DNA from: Podarcis gaigeae
Taxonomy: Eukaryota
Length of the DNA: 64,000 bases
Strand: one strand, 5' to 3'
Assembly: GCA_964106915.2 (NCBI GenBank)
Contig: OZ066923.1
Positions 24,021-38,071 of this stretch are shown here, piece by piece. Each line of letters begins with the position of its first letter. Position 1 is the first letter of the stretch. The position numbers and the translations under genes are program-made. The notes below the pieces were generated by a model, which saw only the letters and a program-made list of their open reading frames with translations, was not told the DNA's origin and did not search any database.

Positions 24021-27000
24021 TATTAGTAATATTTGGTCTACTCTTCTCTGTGATAGCTTTTCAGCATAATGAACCATTTACTTCAATAATTTATATGTGT
24101 TTTCAGGATGAATTACACCCAATTATCACTTCATCTTTTAAGAACTGCAGCAGGTTAACTGTAGGTGTCTGCTACTTCCCAGATGAAGAAGTGCTACATC
24201 TCCTTATGCCTTCATGGGAGCTTGCAAAGAGAAACTGACCATCTCCCCTGTGGGGAAATGCAGGAGTTGTCACTATATATAAAGTTTGTGCCTCACGCTG
24301 CAGAGGAGTTGTGAGGGCCATAACAGAATGGTGATGAATTTGTCAATATATTAAACATACCAATTTTTCCTTTAGTATCAAAATAACAGTTGTAGAGTGC
24401 CTAACCTGGATCAGGACCTGGGAACATGGGGCAGAAGTTAACTCTTTCTCCCACACCACAGCCTCAATGAAAATAGCACATACAGCTATTTGTCTGTGAG
24501 GCAAAAGCTCCATTGGCTCCAAATGAAGTTTTCCTCCCAGGCAAATTGCTGCAGGGGAGCAGGCACATTTTCACTGCGATAACAGCAAAAGGCCTAAACA
24601 GTACTCCCTGCTTGTCACAGCTCCAATCCTGCTTTCCTGCCATATTTTGACAGGAAAAACAAGCCAAATACAAATGTATTCATGTAACTGCTATGCAAGG
24701 CCACCTCAACACATGTTCATTTAAACTGCCCCAGGTTGCAGAAAGGGCATGCGACCTTTATATTAAAACCATTTTCATTCATACAGTTTGCATTTTCTGC
24801 CATGCCATTTCTCTGTTTCCTGTCCATTAACAGACATGGAGCTAGTTAATGAGTAAAATAAGCCTTAGGCATTAATGTAGTCAGAATAAATTATCTTCAT
24901 AACTCTGCTAGGTCTTTAGGAATGCTTCAAATATATTCATTTGTTTTTTAAAAGAGATAACTACTGACTTCTGTAGGTAACTTTTTGAAAGGCAGATGAA
25001 TCCTTTGGCAGGAGGATACTCTGAGGCATGCAAAGTCCATTTTCTTTGTGCCAACACAGCTGCCTGGGCTCCTCTCTGTGCATGTGTTGCATAAGCACAT
25101 CTGGACTGATAGAAGAAGAGAGCATGGCCTTTTAGGTAGAAAATAGTAGTGGCAAGAAAGCACAGTTCTGTTCCTTTATGTGTGTTCCTTAGTACCTTGG
25201 CTCAAATGATTTCCATTTTGTTTTGCCCATAAATGACAGCTAAGCAGAGGCCTAGGCATAGTAGGCAAAGTAAGCTGCTGTGTATAAGGGCTGTTCTCCA
25301 TTGCCATGGATGAACAAGACAATGATTCCCATCCTGTATTCAGTAAGCATGGGACCTCTGGAATGTGCTAACATGCTACCTTCACCCAATTCCAATCTAC
25401 AATTTACAAGCACTTTTGCTTAGTTCTTCAGCACTCCTTCTAGTCAAGGCTGAAGCTATACTGCACAGCTTTGACACCCAACTCATCCCACAACCATTCC
25501 TTTCTCCCTTCACAAAGTCTCATAGCTATCTAGTTAATCAGCTTTAGTACCACACAAGAGTGTTCCTCTACCCAGACCAAAGGAACTCAACATTAGCTAT
25601 GCTGGACTTCTTTACATTCTGGCCAGTGTGCTAGCAGGACCACCCTCCAGTAGACTGATATCAGACTGTCCTCCAGTGGAATGGGGTCGGATTGCATTGG
25701 TAACAGTTTGCCTCTAGCACACCATCTAATTCTCCAAAGTATGTACATACTCCAAAGTATGTCTGCAGTAGTCTATTTTTAACCTTTGTCCAATTTGCAG
25801 CTCAGGTAATTCTTGACATTGTTGCTAATACTTTGTGCAAAACCTACTGAGGAAGCAACCACCACATGGTCTGACATCCTTCAAATGGGTTAACACATAC
25901 ATGATTTCAGTTTCAGTAGCCAAAGTACTAATATTCAATTACTATTGATCTGATTTAGACAGGAAGCGCAATGCAACTGGTTGTGACAGTGTGCTGCCAC
26001 AGTGGATACCATACCCCCTCATAATCACTTATTTGCTATAGTATGGGTTTCTAGGATTGAATTGTAGGAACACTTTCTGGTCAGTTTAGAGAAAGGCAGC
26101 CTCTACTACCAGTCCTTTGAATTTCAGCAGTGACACAGCTTGTCAGTCAGTGTGAGGCATCCATATTTCACTAAGGGAAACATGAGCACAATCGTGATTT
26201 TCTTGCAGGAAGCTGTTTCTGTTTGAATGCAGGCTTTATTTAGACACTGATATTAAATTCCTGCTGCTTGTCTTAACTGCTGGCTATGCTCTGCATACTG
26301 TGGTTAAGCTATTGATGTATTAATTGCTAGCTACTCCAGAGATTGTAGTTGCATTTCTCAGCTGTTTAAAGCCTTTCATTGTTGCATTCTCAGGAAACTC
26401 TGGGTAGCTACTCTATTTGGTGCTTATTTTAGTTGCTTGGCTACTATGAGCTATTATATTGGATTTGCTTGTGGTGTCCAAATAAGGAAATATATACGAC
26501 GTTCTGCAGTCAGATGATATGAATCTGATTTTCTTTTCCTTTTTCTGTATTGTTGTAATGTGCATCTTGCTTTCTCTCCAAACACAACATGTATTTAGCA
26601 TCCTGCATTCCATATGACGGTTGGAATGAGATAGTGCGTTGTTACTCCATTTTACAGCTATGAATTTGTTCTTTTCTAATTGCATTTTAAAGGTATTGAT
26701 CCAATCTACTGAGCTCTGCTATCTCTCTTTCTGGCTTACTGCATGGACATGTTTGGAGACTGTGCATCATGCAGCCTTGGTTGACTGTAGCTAGTATCTT
26801 TCAAATAATTAAGGCCTTTCAAATACCTTTACAATGTTATCCACAAATACCAATTAGTTGTTAGTTGTTATTGCTCTGCAGCAGCACATTTGATTATGCT
26901 CAGTATTTGTTTGTTTTAGCCTTTTCTCCCCAAAGTAAATCTCCATTGAAAAACCCTTTTCAGCTGTAGAATGCAAATCAAAGGCTAAGATATGATTGAA

Positions 27001-27312
27001 CACTTTCCCCCTTTCTGCTATTAAGTTCTATTTCATAATCATATAATTGTTTTATTATCCTGAATAGGTCCAAAACTCAATCTGAAATCCTTGAGCTGTG
27101 TTTTCTTTCTATAAGCCCAAAATATGTTTTGTCAGCAAATATGTTAGAGGGCTTTAACAGCTGCTGCCAATTTGAAACACTCTTCTTTTAAACAAAATCT
27201 TGCAATTGTGTTCATGCCCCCACCTGCAATACTTTTTCTTCCTGGGCTTGGGGATGTTGGTGGTGTTTTACTATTTACAAGATGAGATGTAGTTTTCTGT
27301 TTATATTAGCAG

Positions 27313-27384
27313 TCTTCTGTCTGTGAAATTTGGACCAGCCAGAATGCAGGATATCCTTACACAGCAGTCCATCAGGTTCATAAT
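27313..27384 (+). CDS. ANKS1B: ANKS1B 72-nt cassette exon (SSVCEIWTSQNAGYPYTAVHQVHN)
   Basis: ttttctgtttatatTAGCAG tandem acceptor, AAT|gtaaga donor, phase 0-0; resembles the recalled mammalian alternative exon SSVCEIWTNQNAGFPFSAIHQVHN; not in ORF track. Confidence 0.9.
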
Positions 27385-28718
27385 GTAAGATACTTCAATA
27401 AATTGTCACTGTATTGATGTTCATTGTGTTGCCTTGGTGTTGTTAATACTTTATACAGGTGCCATGCTTTTCAGACTTCAAAAAGCAATGTGTAGCATCC
27501 AATTATTTCCAGGATTGTACGTATGTGTTTTTACATTTTGTTTTCATATTGTGCAATAAACATGTTGGCTTTTATGTAGCAGGATACAATTTTTTCAGCA
27601 CCAAAGGTCAGTTTTTTTAAAAAAGAAGTGACCTCATCTATAGTTTAACTTCTGCTCTGGGTGCTTTGTCTTTGTTAGCCTTCAAAGACAAGGATGGGAG
27701 TAAATTGCATACATTCTGCAATTTTACTCGGTTTTGTGGCTTCTGTTTTCAGTGACCAGGAAGGATCCTTCTAGTTTCTTGGGGCTGCTTCTCCCTTTTT
27801 TAAAGATGTACTATCTCATCATTTCAATGTGTTCTTCATGAATGGTATCTTGTAGCATGTCTAAACAATCTGCACTTCTTTTAGATACAGGAAGCCCCTT
27901 GAAGCAATGTGCTCATATCATAAACTGTATCTTGAATATCAGCCTTATGACTGTCTTAATGTGCTACTTCAGTGCATGTTATACATGCTATTCCTTCCTA
28001 GCGCATGTGCAGAGCAGACAATTTCTCCATCATTTATATTGTGTCACAATTTAAAAAACTATAGTCAGAGTTCACCTTTGCTGCAAAAGGGAGAAAAATG
28101 CCTAGAACCAGGGGACCAGAAATGCTGTAAGAACTGCAGCAGTATCTGCACCTTCCACCCACCTATGTGCTGTCAGTTCTGACAGTTCTATTATTACTAA
28201 TAGTATAATACTTGTTATATAATATTTAATAGTATGTACAACTAAGAGCATTTTGGTATTTTGTTACTTAGCTGTGAGGCATGAGGAATGCCATCTGAAC
28301 TGATTCCTATGCCTGCATCTTCCCAGCTATTAGAGGGAGGCAGAAGAAGGTCACAGGTCCTTTAAGGAACCCAGCAGAAATACTTAAAAATGTTGATACC
28401 AACAAATTGATTTGAATTATGAGTTTTTTCACAAACCAATAAAACAAATAAAGGAACAACTTGAAGCTTAAATGACCCATTGTGAAACAAATGACAATTG
28501 CACATATACATACATGTAAGAGCATGTGTGCAATCAGTGGTTCTTTTTAAAATTAATGATACATTAAAATGCATTTTCAACAATGACAGAATGCTGCAAT
28601 AACAGGAGCTTCACCTATTTAATTTCTATGTGCAACTATTAATATTTACAGTGAGAATGATCCACCAAATGTAAGCACTTCTGCAGCTCACTAATTTTAA
28701 TTATAGTTAAAGTTTGTA

Positions 28719-28958
28719 CAGTCGTACCTTGGTTTTCGAACAGAATGCGTTTCGGAAGTCCATTCGACTCCTGGAACCATTCAAAAACCAAAATGTGGCT
28801 TACTGACTGGCTGCAGGAGCATCCTGCAGCCAATGAGAAGCTGCAGATGTTGCGCCGGACGTTCAGCTTCTGAAAATTGTTCCAAAACTCACTTTTTTCC
28901 AACACTCACTTCCAGGTTTCAATCGTTCGGGAGCCAAGGAGTTCGGCTTCCAAGGTAC
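28719..28958. mobile_element. TcMar/Tigger-like MITE, right TIR truncated
   Basis: TA-cagtcgtaccttgg left end, ccaaggtac right end. Confidence 0.7.
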
Positions 28959-31900
28959 TTAAATACCCCCAATTAAATAACTGGGACATAAGAGTTCTCC
29001 CATTTAGCTGGATCATAACATAGATTTGGAAAACAATACTTATGTGGTAGACATATGTTTGACTGCAATTAGCTTTCTGTACTTACTTATACTTACGTCT
29101 CAGTTTTATTTTGTTTAGATTCCATACTTGCAGCCTCTGCCACCAAAATCATAATTTTACCTGTTTAAAGGCACTATGGTTTTTGTAAGACCTTGATCCA
29201 GATTGTTGAACATTTTCTCATTTCAGCTGTAGGTTCCACTTTTTAGCTATTGGACTGAGAACAGCTAGTCTGGACATTTTTTTGTAAATTCTGAAAAGTA
29301 TAAAATCTGTAAAACTGTGAAATTAAAGGGTTCCATGTTTATTTGTAACAATGTATCCTAGAGTGGAGAAGTATGAATTTACATTGGGAACGAGAACACA
29401 AAGGGCTCTGGATCATGGACATTGTTTGACAGTGGGGTATATATAGGAAGATTCCATGCCACCTCTGTTTTTGGCATTTGTTACTGTTCTACATCCTAAA
29501 GTTTTTATACTCAGAATAAATCTACATACAAAAACAAATACTTATTTTGCTAAAACGTACTGTCCAGAGCTTTAAAACAAGCAGATACCAAGCATTCTGT
29601 CATCTTAACAATAGTCTTGACAAGTTGAGCCTTCGGATGGAATAAAGTGTAATCTCAGAGTGTAATCACATTTCTTTGAGTGATATTAATAAGATTACTT
29701 AAATAAATGGAAAATAAAATTGCAAACCTTTAACATTTTTTTGTCCACTACACTGAATTGCCATATCCAGTGATAATTCCACAAGGTCACAATGTAGTCA
29801 AAGTGAAATACTTGTTAGTGCAACAGATTAAGTGATAGAGCTAAATATATTCCTAAAAGATGTTTCGCAGGATTATGCCCAGCATTTGAGGATGGTAAAA
29901 GCAAAGGCTGCCTCTTATTTTTGCAGCACACGTTTGCTATATATAACTGATATTTTTGATATTGAATACTGTAAAGTGTGAAGAAGAAAATTGCAGTAAA
30001 AATGCAGTGAGCATAGGCAAGAAAATTGTGGCCAATGCCAGTGGCTGAATACATATCCACTGTATGCCCTTGGGTGTTTGAAAAGCCCTTCCATATTTCA
30101 CCAACGGAATACCATTATACATGTGGCAAAGAGGCACTGCATAAATTTTGAATGGGCTCAAAGACAGATAATTTATCCTTATAGAGTCTCCTTGTTTAAA
30201 AACTATGAATGTCTAATGTTGATATTGGCAACTGCAAAATGTTAATCCATGTGACACGGTTTAAACATTCTAAAGTGCTATATAAAGCTAAGTATTAACT
30301 ATTATTTTATTATTGTCTACATAACAGACATTTCACAGTTTCAGCATTTTCCAGCATCAAGAAATAGTGATTAGATAAAGCGCTACTTGCTGGAAATGTA
30401 GTGTATCTGCCAAGTCTACCCAAACACCTCCCAAAAATATATATCCAGAAAAGCACAGGAGTTAATAGTTAATTGCAAGATGCCAATTTATATATCTCTG
30501 AAGCACTTTTAAAGGAAAGTACCACATCTGCAATTGCATTACTGTTAGTTTTCAATGAGGCAATAATGTTGGCACAAAGTTGTTTCTGCTTGTTTTGTCT
30601 TCTGCTCTCCTGCTTCAGTTTTCACGTTGGAAGGTTACTATTAATTTTGATGTCTTCCAGTTTACCTTGTGCTTGTCCTCGTAGATCTGTACAAACCAAC
30701 CTCTGTCTTGTCATGATTGTGTGGCCCATGAAAATGGATGTATAATGCTTGTTTTGTTTGCTCTGTCCTGGTTTACGAAATGAAACGACATTTTCTTTCA
30801 TTGGAATTTTCTCATTTGCTTTCAACAGCAATTACGTGTTTCAGTTGCTTGGGATGGAGCCAGAGAAAAAGCTACAGAAGGGAGCTGGCAGAAGCTGGTT
30901 TTTTCTCCCATCTACCCTGCCCAAGCAGTCTCCTGAGTAACAGGGATCCTGCCAAATGGGATGAATTGTGGCACAGAGGACTAAGGAGGAATCCCCCATG
31001 AGTTGTCAGAGCATATTCTGCGACCAGAGCTCCCACTCACTTTTTACAGATCGACCGCATTCACTCCCCTGATCCTCATGAGAAGCTGGGTGGGGCTGCC
31101 AGGGGGAGAAGAAGGAGCAGAAAACCAGATTCTGCTTCCTTCCTTCTGCAGGCCTTTTCCTGGATCCAACCTCTTATTTCTAAAGTTTGTTTAAAATTGT
31201 TAGTAAGCTTTTAACAAACAGTTGCCGATTTGATCTCAAGGGAGTTGAAAAACAGTGAGTAGAAAGAGTATATTAAACTGGGACAAAAAGGCTCAGAAGT
31301 CAAAGATAAGCAAATTGTAAGATTTGTTGTAATACATATAGATTTAGAAAGTACTTTCCAAATGCAATCATTTTGTTAAATCAGTTTAAATATTTGCTTT
31401 TTTATCTGTAAGAAAATTAATTAAATTCAAGCATCCTTGGTGGTAGTTGAGTTAAGATACATATTCAGATCCTCATCAAAGTTTCCTCAAAATAAGACTG
31501 CAGTCCTATATACACTTAAATGGGAGGACGCCTCATTGAATTCAGTGGGACTTGCTTCTAAGGAGGCTTTCATAGGATTACAGAACAAGTCCCAATGATT
31601 ACAGTTGGGCTTTCTCATAAGCAAATGGGCACAGGCACAGGTTGCAATCCTGTGCAAACTGTGCAAAACTGGACAAAGTGGATTTGAGTATGGGTCTCAT
31701 TGCATTACACTCCTATAGATGCTTGAAATCATGAGGCTTACTTCCAAACACTCATATATATGGGCAAGCTGTTAGTTTCTTATGTTCAAGGATAACAGTG
31801 GTGTATAAGTAGCAGCAGCATTTAAATAATGTCTGCCTATTTTTGACATTGCTCCTTGCTAGACAACTCAGATTGGAGGCTGTAGTGAAGTAATAAATGC

Positions 31901-32053
31901 TGACTATATGGGCATTCATAAGTTATTTTTATTCTTCAGAATGGCACATTCTGAAAATAATAATATGCAGCCAAAATGCCATGGTTGCAACCACAGTGAA
32001 ATATGCTAATTGCCTTCAGTTTACATTGCTTTTTGAATACATCTGATTTTCAG

Positions 32054-32182
32054 ACTGGAGACTGGGGTGAACCATCAATTACCTTACGACCTCCTAATGA
32101 GGCAACAGCATCAACACCAGTACAATACTGGCAGCATCATCCAGAGAAACTAATCTTCCAGTCATGCGATTACAAAGCATTT
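32054..32182 (+). CDS. ANKS1B: ANKS1B exon: start of PTB region ([14 protein letters not shown]...FQSCDYKAF)
   Basis: ttttcag acceptor, TTT|gtaagt donor, 129 nt, phase 0-0. Confidence 0.96.
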
Positions 32183-33748
32183 GTAAGTTTGCCAGACTCA
32201 ATGTTTTCTTTGAGAATAGTTGAAAATTGTCCAGTTTAAGGAGTGACCATTAACATTTTGGTAGTCTTTTTCTCTACCTAGCACAACTATAACGTCTTTC
32301 TTACAAAAGAAACAAAAATGAAATAAAAATTTTCACATTATTGTGAACAGAATACAGATGGAAATTGTAGCTTTATCTTTAAATCTGTGTTTCAGTCCCT
32401 GCTCTTTATTAAAGAAACATCAATATTTTTATGCCATTGACACCCAAAGTCTCATAAATATATAAAAAGGTGGTGGTAGAGAGAGAACTTAAGGGGAACC
32501 CTGATGCATTGTTTTCAAGGTTTTTGAGTATGACCATGAAGACAACCATAGCTTTCCACCCATGCTTGTCCCCAGAATCAGGTACTCAGAACTGCACCAT
32601 AGCCTGTGTGCAATCCTCCATTAATCTGCCCGATTCCTTTTAAAATCTCTCTAAGCTAGTGACCATTACCACATCTTGTGGTACTACTGTCTTCTATAAA
32701 ATTCTTGCTGTGTGAAGTACTTCATTTTGTTCACATGCTGATTCCAGCACATTGGAAGCAAACACTTCAATCGCTGTTTTAAAAGTGGTTCTATTAAAAA
32801 TTACCAGTCCTTGGTTTTATCAAAGCCTTGAAGAATCTGTCAAATCTACTACTCACTTAATAGAAAGAAATTAGGCTCTAATAAGACATAATCTCTTTTT
32901 TTAAAAAAACCAAAAAACCACCCTTTTACATCTTGAGCAGCAGTGTGCTACACACGTTATTTTTTAAAAAAGGAAAAAAGCTTCACAGATTTAATTCAAC
33001 TGTACTGAATTGATTTAGGCTTTTTTTGCAGAATTATAATACTGGACTTTATGATACTGGACAGAATTTCCTGATAACACACAATAGTGAACTAAATAAA
33101 ATGCTATATACCAAGATGAATGTATACCACTGAGCAATAATGTGGTGGAGGAAATTTCATGAAAGGATCCACCGTTTCTTTAGCACCACTAGTGTGCTCC
33201 AGCCACGGTAGAAGGTAGCAGTAGTGGCATCTTTCTCATTTTTCTGTATGTGTCCATCCCCATTTTATCCCATTGACATCAGTGAAGGAAGAATGACTAC
33301 ACCTGCTCTAGGACTAGTATAGATTTTTTGTGCTTTTCAGGGGAATGAGGGAATACAAAGCCTCCTGCAGTCTACATCCAATATGCCCCCTTCATGTCCT
33401 GCCACTGGCACTGCATCTACATGCACTGAACATGCCAGGGGCTCCTTCAGGGTCATAAAAGTGCCCCAGAGGCAGAACTCCTCCTTTGGTGGATTGGCAC
33501 ATGTTCCCCTCAGCTGCCCTTTGGCCAACATTAGAATTGCAACCTAAGTAACTTTACATGACATGTGTACCCTGCATGGTCCTGTAACTGCACAGTAGTG
33601 TAACTTTTTATTTTCTATTTGTATATGGACAGCTGGTATAGACATAGATTTTAAGAGTAAATCCTTGGTTTTGTTTTTGATGACTTCTCCCCATGAATAT
33701 GACATCTGTAGGTGTTCCTCTATTTTAAAGGTGAAAAATGCAGAAGCT

Positions 33749-34115
33749 CAGGGCAGCAGCGGAGGAAGCCACTTGGGTGCCTGGGGCGGCGTGCCCAGGG
33801 GTGGGGCGATCCTTCCATAGGGGCGGAGTGAGGGTGGGGTGAGCTGCCCATAGGGCAGGGTGCACTGTGGGGCCTCCGGAGTCTGTCTGCCTCCTCCCAC
33901 TCAGCCGCCCTACAGCTGGGGGGGAGGCAGTGGGCGGACAGTTTGGGTAGCATGGAGCCTACACGGGCCCAAGCCACCACGTCTCTCCCAGGAGAAATAT
34001 GTGGCTCAGGTGCGCTGCAGGCTCCTGTGGTGAGTGCCGCCCCATTTTGTCACCCCCATCGGTGGTGACACCCGGTCAACCCGCACCCACCGCACCTCCC
34101 TTCCTCTACTCCTGG
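33749..34115 (-). mobile_element. GC-rich non-autonomous DNA transposon (hAT-like), decayed
   Basis: abrupt GC-rich island with cagg...cctg termini. Confidence 0.5.
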
Positions 34116-34842
34116 CTCAGGGGGTCATGTTGCCAGACAGGGCAATCCCTGTAGCAGCCCCTAGGTCGTGGAGGTTCCTCCCCACAGATGTGTGTCTGGC
34201 AAGTTCACTATACAGTTGAATGATGAACGTGCACTTCTTTATTCTGGCCTTTGACAACTAAGTTGTTTTAAACTGTTTTTAATGTATTTTAAATTGTTGT
34301 AACTCAACTTGGGATCCTAGGGTGAAGGGTGAGTAATTAATAATAACATCAGCAACAACAACAACACCTGCTAGTACTGCTAATAAATTAACTTAGACAA
34401 AGAGCATGAAATAACACTTTGTAAATTTACTATGTAAAATCTAACATTATGAAAGGGAATATTATAGATTTGATTTAATGAAGAGGATTTAGCTCAATAG
34501 ATTCCAGGCTGGAGAGCAAAATTCTTAAAAGCACATAAAACACAATCATAAATCTTAAAACCCTTTTAAACAACAAGAGCAGCTAAAACCACCAATCAAT
34601 ACATTCAAACACTGAAAATGCCTGGCACAAACAGATAGGGCTTTACTTGGTGCCAAAGTGTCAGCACCAAGTGTACTTCTGAGAAGAGCGAATTCAAGAA
34701 GCAAGGAACCACTACAGAGAACGCTGTATCTCACATTATCTACTCTCCCTAGAATGTTTTAGGTCAGCAAATAAGCTTTCTTTGAAATTTTGCTTACTCT
34801 GTTTCATAACTTCAGAAAACAGTTCCTTGTTTCTTTCATAAG

Positions 34843-34914
34843 TATTTAGGTTCTATGCTGGTAAAAGAACTAAGAGGCACAGAATCAACGCAGGATGCCT
34901 GTGCAAAAATGAGG
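34843..34914 (+). CDS. ANKS1B: ANKS1B PTB exon ([24 protein letters not shown])
   Basis: ttctttcataag acceptor, AGG|gtgagt donor, 72 nt; YLGS PTB motif. Confidence 0.95.
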
Positions 34915-35169
34915 GTGAGTGAAACTTACTTTTTCAAAACGGCTGTAATAGGCCGTACTTTTACTTGTAACTGCCTCACTTCATCTATGTTGTACATTAA
35001 ATAACTCTGGATTTCTTTGCAATGTTCTTTATACTTTAGTTATACGTATGTTACATAGTTTTTCATGTTATCACTAAAACCTCCATCTGCATGCACGTTG
35101 TACGTTTCCTACCTCTTGATAAGTAGATTTCCCCCCCTTGCACCTTTTTATTTCTGTAGAGAATATAAT

Positions 35170-35730
35170 AAGATTTAGCAGGCCAAGCATTTCCTTAACG
35201 GAGAACTTGACTAGTAAACTCCCATAGGACTGGATACTCAAGCCCCTTTTTGGTGGAACTTGGGAACTCCCTTGGGGAAAGCGTAAGCCATTTTAAATCC
35301 CTTGGAATATGATGAGGGGGCACGGAGAGAGAATTTCCACCTTTACTGCTGGGAGGCAGTGATTCAGATAGAAGTTGCTGAATGGTGCTTACTGGGTGGA
35401 TGGTTTTTCCAGGACAGACACAGCTGCTGCAGGGACTCAACAACCATGCCTGTGCATGGGGCTGGCAGTGTCATTCCCACCTCCGCTGCTTCCTCCTGGC
35501 ACCTTAAGGGTAAATATGGGAATTCCAATCCTGCATCAATTGCTATGCATGGTCCACTGGCAGCTATTTGTAGCAAACTACATCGCTGGCCACCATTGGC
35601 CAAGGGTTACTGGAGGAATATGGTGTCTTTTTGTAATGCCTGCCCATTTGCAAAAATACAAGCAGAACATTTAAAGCAGAGAGCAAAACTACTAGTCCTG
35701 TTTCAGTTTCCCAAGGAGAACAAATGAAAC
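35170..35730 (+). mobile_element. decayed Gypsy-like LTR retrotransposon pol (integrase zinc-finger region) remnant
   Basis: RWPPLAK...VSFCNAC...K...KLL..FP spacing resembles the integrase WP..C..C..K..GLL motif. Confidence 0.45.
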
Positions 35731-37984
35731 CCCCAAAGTACTTTTCCTTTAACAAACTCAGACTCCTTTCTCTGCTCAAATTAAAAGGGGGTGGGGGGGG
35801 GATCCTTCCCCCAGACATTGATGGATGCTATGTTCCAAAAGCTAGAATCATCAGGGAATATTGGTTAATTCCTTTGGTTAATTCTCTGATAATCCTTCAA
35901 GTATTTCAGGCAAAACAGCAATAACCCTGTTTATGCTAATCAAGGCAGAAAACCCATAATAGTATAGTATTAAAAACAACTGCTGAGAGCAGGGACAGGA
36001 GAGATCAGTGTGGAGTCACACTTCAGGAGTGATAATGCCCAATCATAACATATTTTTCACTTAAGACATTATAAGAATATCCTACAATTGTGTCACTGGC
36101 AGTTGTCCAACAAAATCTATTTAGATAAGAATAAAGTCTTAACAGCTAATTGTCATCATTGTTTTCATGTGTAATAGCAAATTTATGAAATGATTAAGAA
36201 TATATACCATTGAAAATACAAATTATTTCATTTTGTTAATTTCTTTCTATCTGCAGCAAAGTGTAAATAAGTGGCTGATATTTAGTTTTGGGGAGATAAA
36301 GGCTGACGCTTTTGAAAGGCGTTCCAAGGATGTCAATTAAATACGTATAAACCATAACCTCAATCTTTCTCATTATACATTCTGTATGTTCTTTTCTGGT
36401 GCTCAAATATATTATTTGTATGAAGAAGAGCAAAACTGTTGGCATCTTAACTCAACACGTACGAAGCATAATTAATATCTATATTTATCCCATCTAAATG
36501 TACAACTATACAAATAAAAAGTTTTATAATCTTTCTTTATAATTCAAAAATCTTTCTTTATAATTGGAAGCTAACTAATCATTTTAATATGTTTTCCTTC
36601 TCCTGATATTTATTGTCTGTTGGATGTTTTCTTTTTCAGTGTTTCAATTGGTGTCTGCTTTGTGTTATCTTTACTAAAAAGGGACACAGGTTATATTAAA
36701 CATAGATAAAATAAATATGGCCCTTTTACATATTTTTTTGAGTTTTTCAGGAAATAACAGAATCTCTAAAACCCTTAAAATGTCAAAGGAAACCGCAGTA
36801 CTGCTACACAAGTGCATGCAGGTGGGATAATCAGTCAGGCTACTTTAGCATAAAAAATTGTAGTGTATCGAAGAATAAGGATGTCATCCTGAGGGGCGTT
36901 AGAAAGCAGTGTAAGTACTGTCCAACTGGTGGAGGGAGGCCAAAATGCCTCAAATGGCCCCCCAAAATCTCCTATCTAGCTAAAGTTGGGTTTACTGAGG
37001 TCATGGTGTTATGGCCATGGATTTATTTTATTACAGTTAGGAAACATTTTAATCCTGATCTTTTTTCACCAAGCTTTTGCATTTCTACCGTCAAGCTCAT
37101 TGTTTTCCTTTGACAAGTTTTTTCAGTATACTCTCTAGCTCTCAGTGTATCTTTCGGCTAGAGGAAACTTACTTAAAGTACTTTATTTTGTACTTGTTTG
37201 CAATATGGCACTATTACCACTAGTTGTTTGCTGCCCTGGGCTCCTTTGAGAGGCAGGGTGGGATGTAAATTTAAGAAATAAATAGTTCATATTGTTGGGT
37301 AGGGAATAATTTTGTTTGTTTGAACACAAGCCACAACAAACTACAAATCAGAAAGTTATTACAAAGAAATAGAAGTGCAGGCCTGTTTAAGCCTCGTAGT
37401 AAGCACCAGAGTAGATGAAGTAGCTTCAATTGTCCAGATAAAAATCTGCTACAATACTATCCAAGAAACTTTGCTGCTGCTTTGTCAGAGGCCAAGCAAA
37501 GCCAGCCACTTTTGTATTACCCTCTTAAGAATGTAACAAGAGCCCTGCTGGCCCAACTCGTCCATCATCCTGTTCTCACAGTGGCCAACCAGATGCCTAT
37601 GGAAAGCCCAAAAGCAGGAGTTGAGTGCAACAACACTCTTCCCGCTTGTGATTCCCAGAAACTGGACAGTGGAGCTGGATCATAGCTATCATGGCTAGTA
37701 GCACCTGAATGCCTTATCCTCCATTAAATCCTCCTGGCGCTTGGAAGCAATGCAATCAAACTTCTTGTGGGTTTGACCAGTATTCATGTCTCTTGTACTA
37801 TGTATGTGCATGTGGTGGCTTATTCCACGCATTTTCAGAGATGGACTATTAAAATATATAATGAGATATAACCTCTATTTCCCATTCCCTACAGTTGAGT
37901 GTAATATATTGTTGTCTTGGGAAAGGAAATCAGATGTACATTGTTCAATATACCACATTCTTTCATGTTTGCTTTTAATTTCAG

Positions 37985-38071
37985 AAGTCTACAGAACAAA
38001 TGAAGAAAGTTCCTACTATTGTTTTATCAGTCTCTTATAAAGGGGTAAAATTTATTGATGCAACAAATAAG
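37985..38071 (+). CDS. ANKS1B: ANKS1B PTB exon ([29 protein letters not shown])
   Basis: tttcag acceptor, AAG|gtaggc donor, 87 nt. Confidence 0.95.

Noticed and set aside
26599-26633. Possible small exon after a pyrimidine tract (CATCCTGCATTCCATATGACG...)
   Set aside because: Donor options are weak or frameshifting and no homology was recalled
34915-37984. Search for the short ANCQ segment recalled from human ANKS1B between ...AKMR and KSTEQ...
   Set aside because: No 12-nt AG-exon-GT match found by eye; gctaattgtcat near 36145 lacks usable splice sites. Unresolved rather than proven absent.
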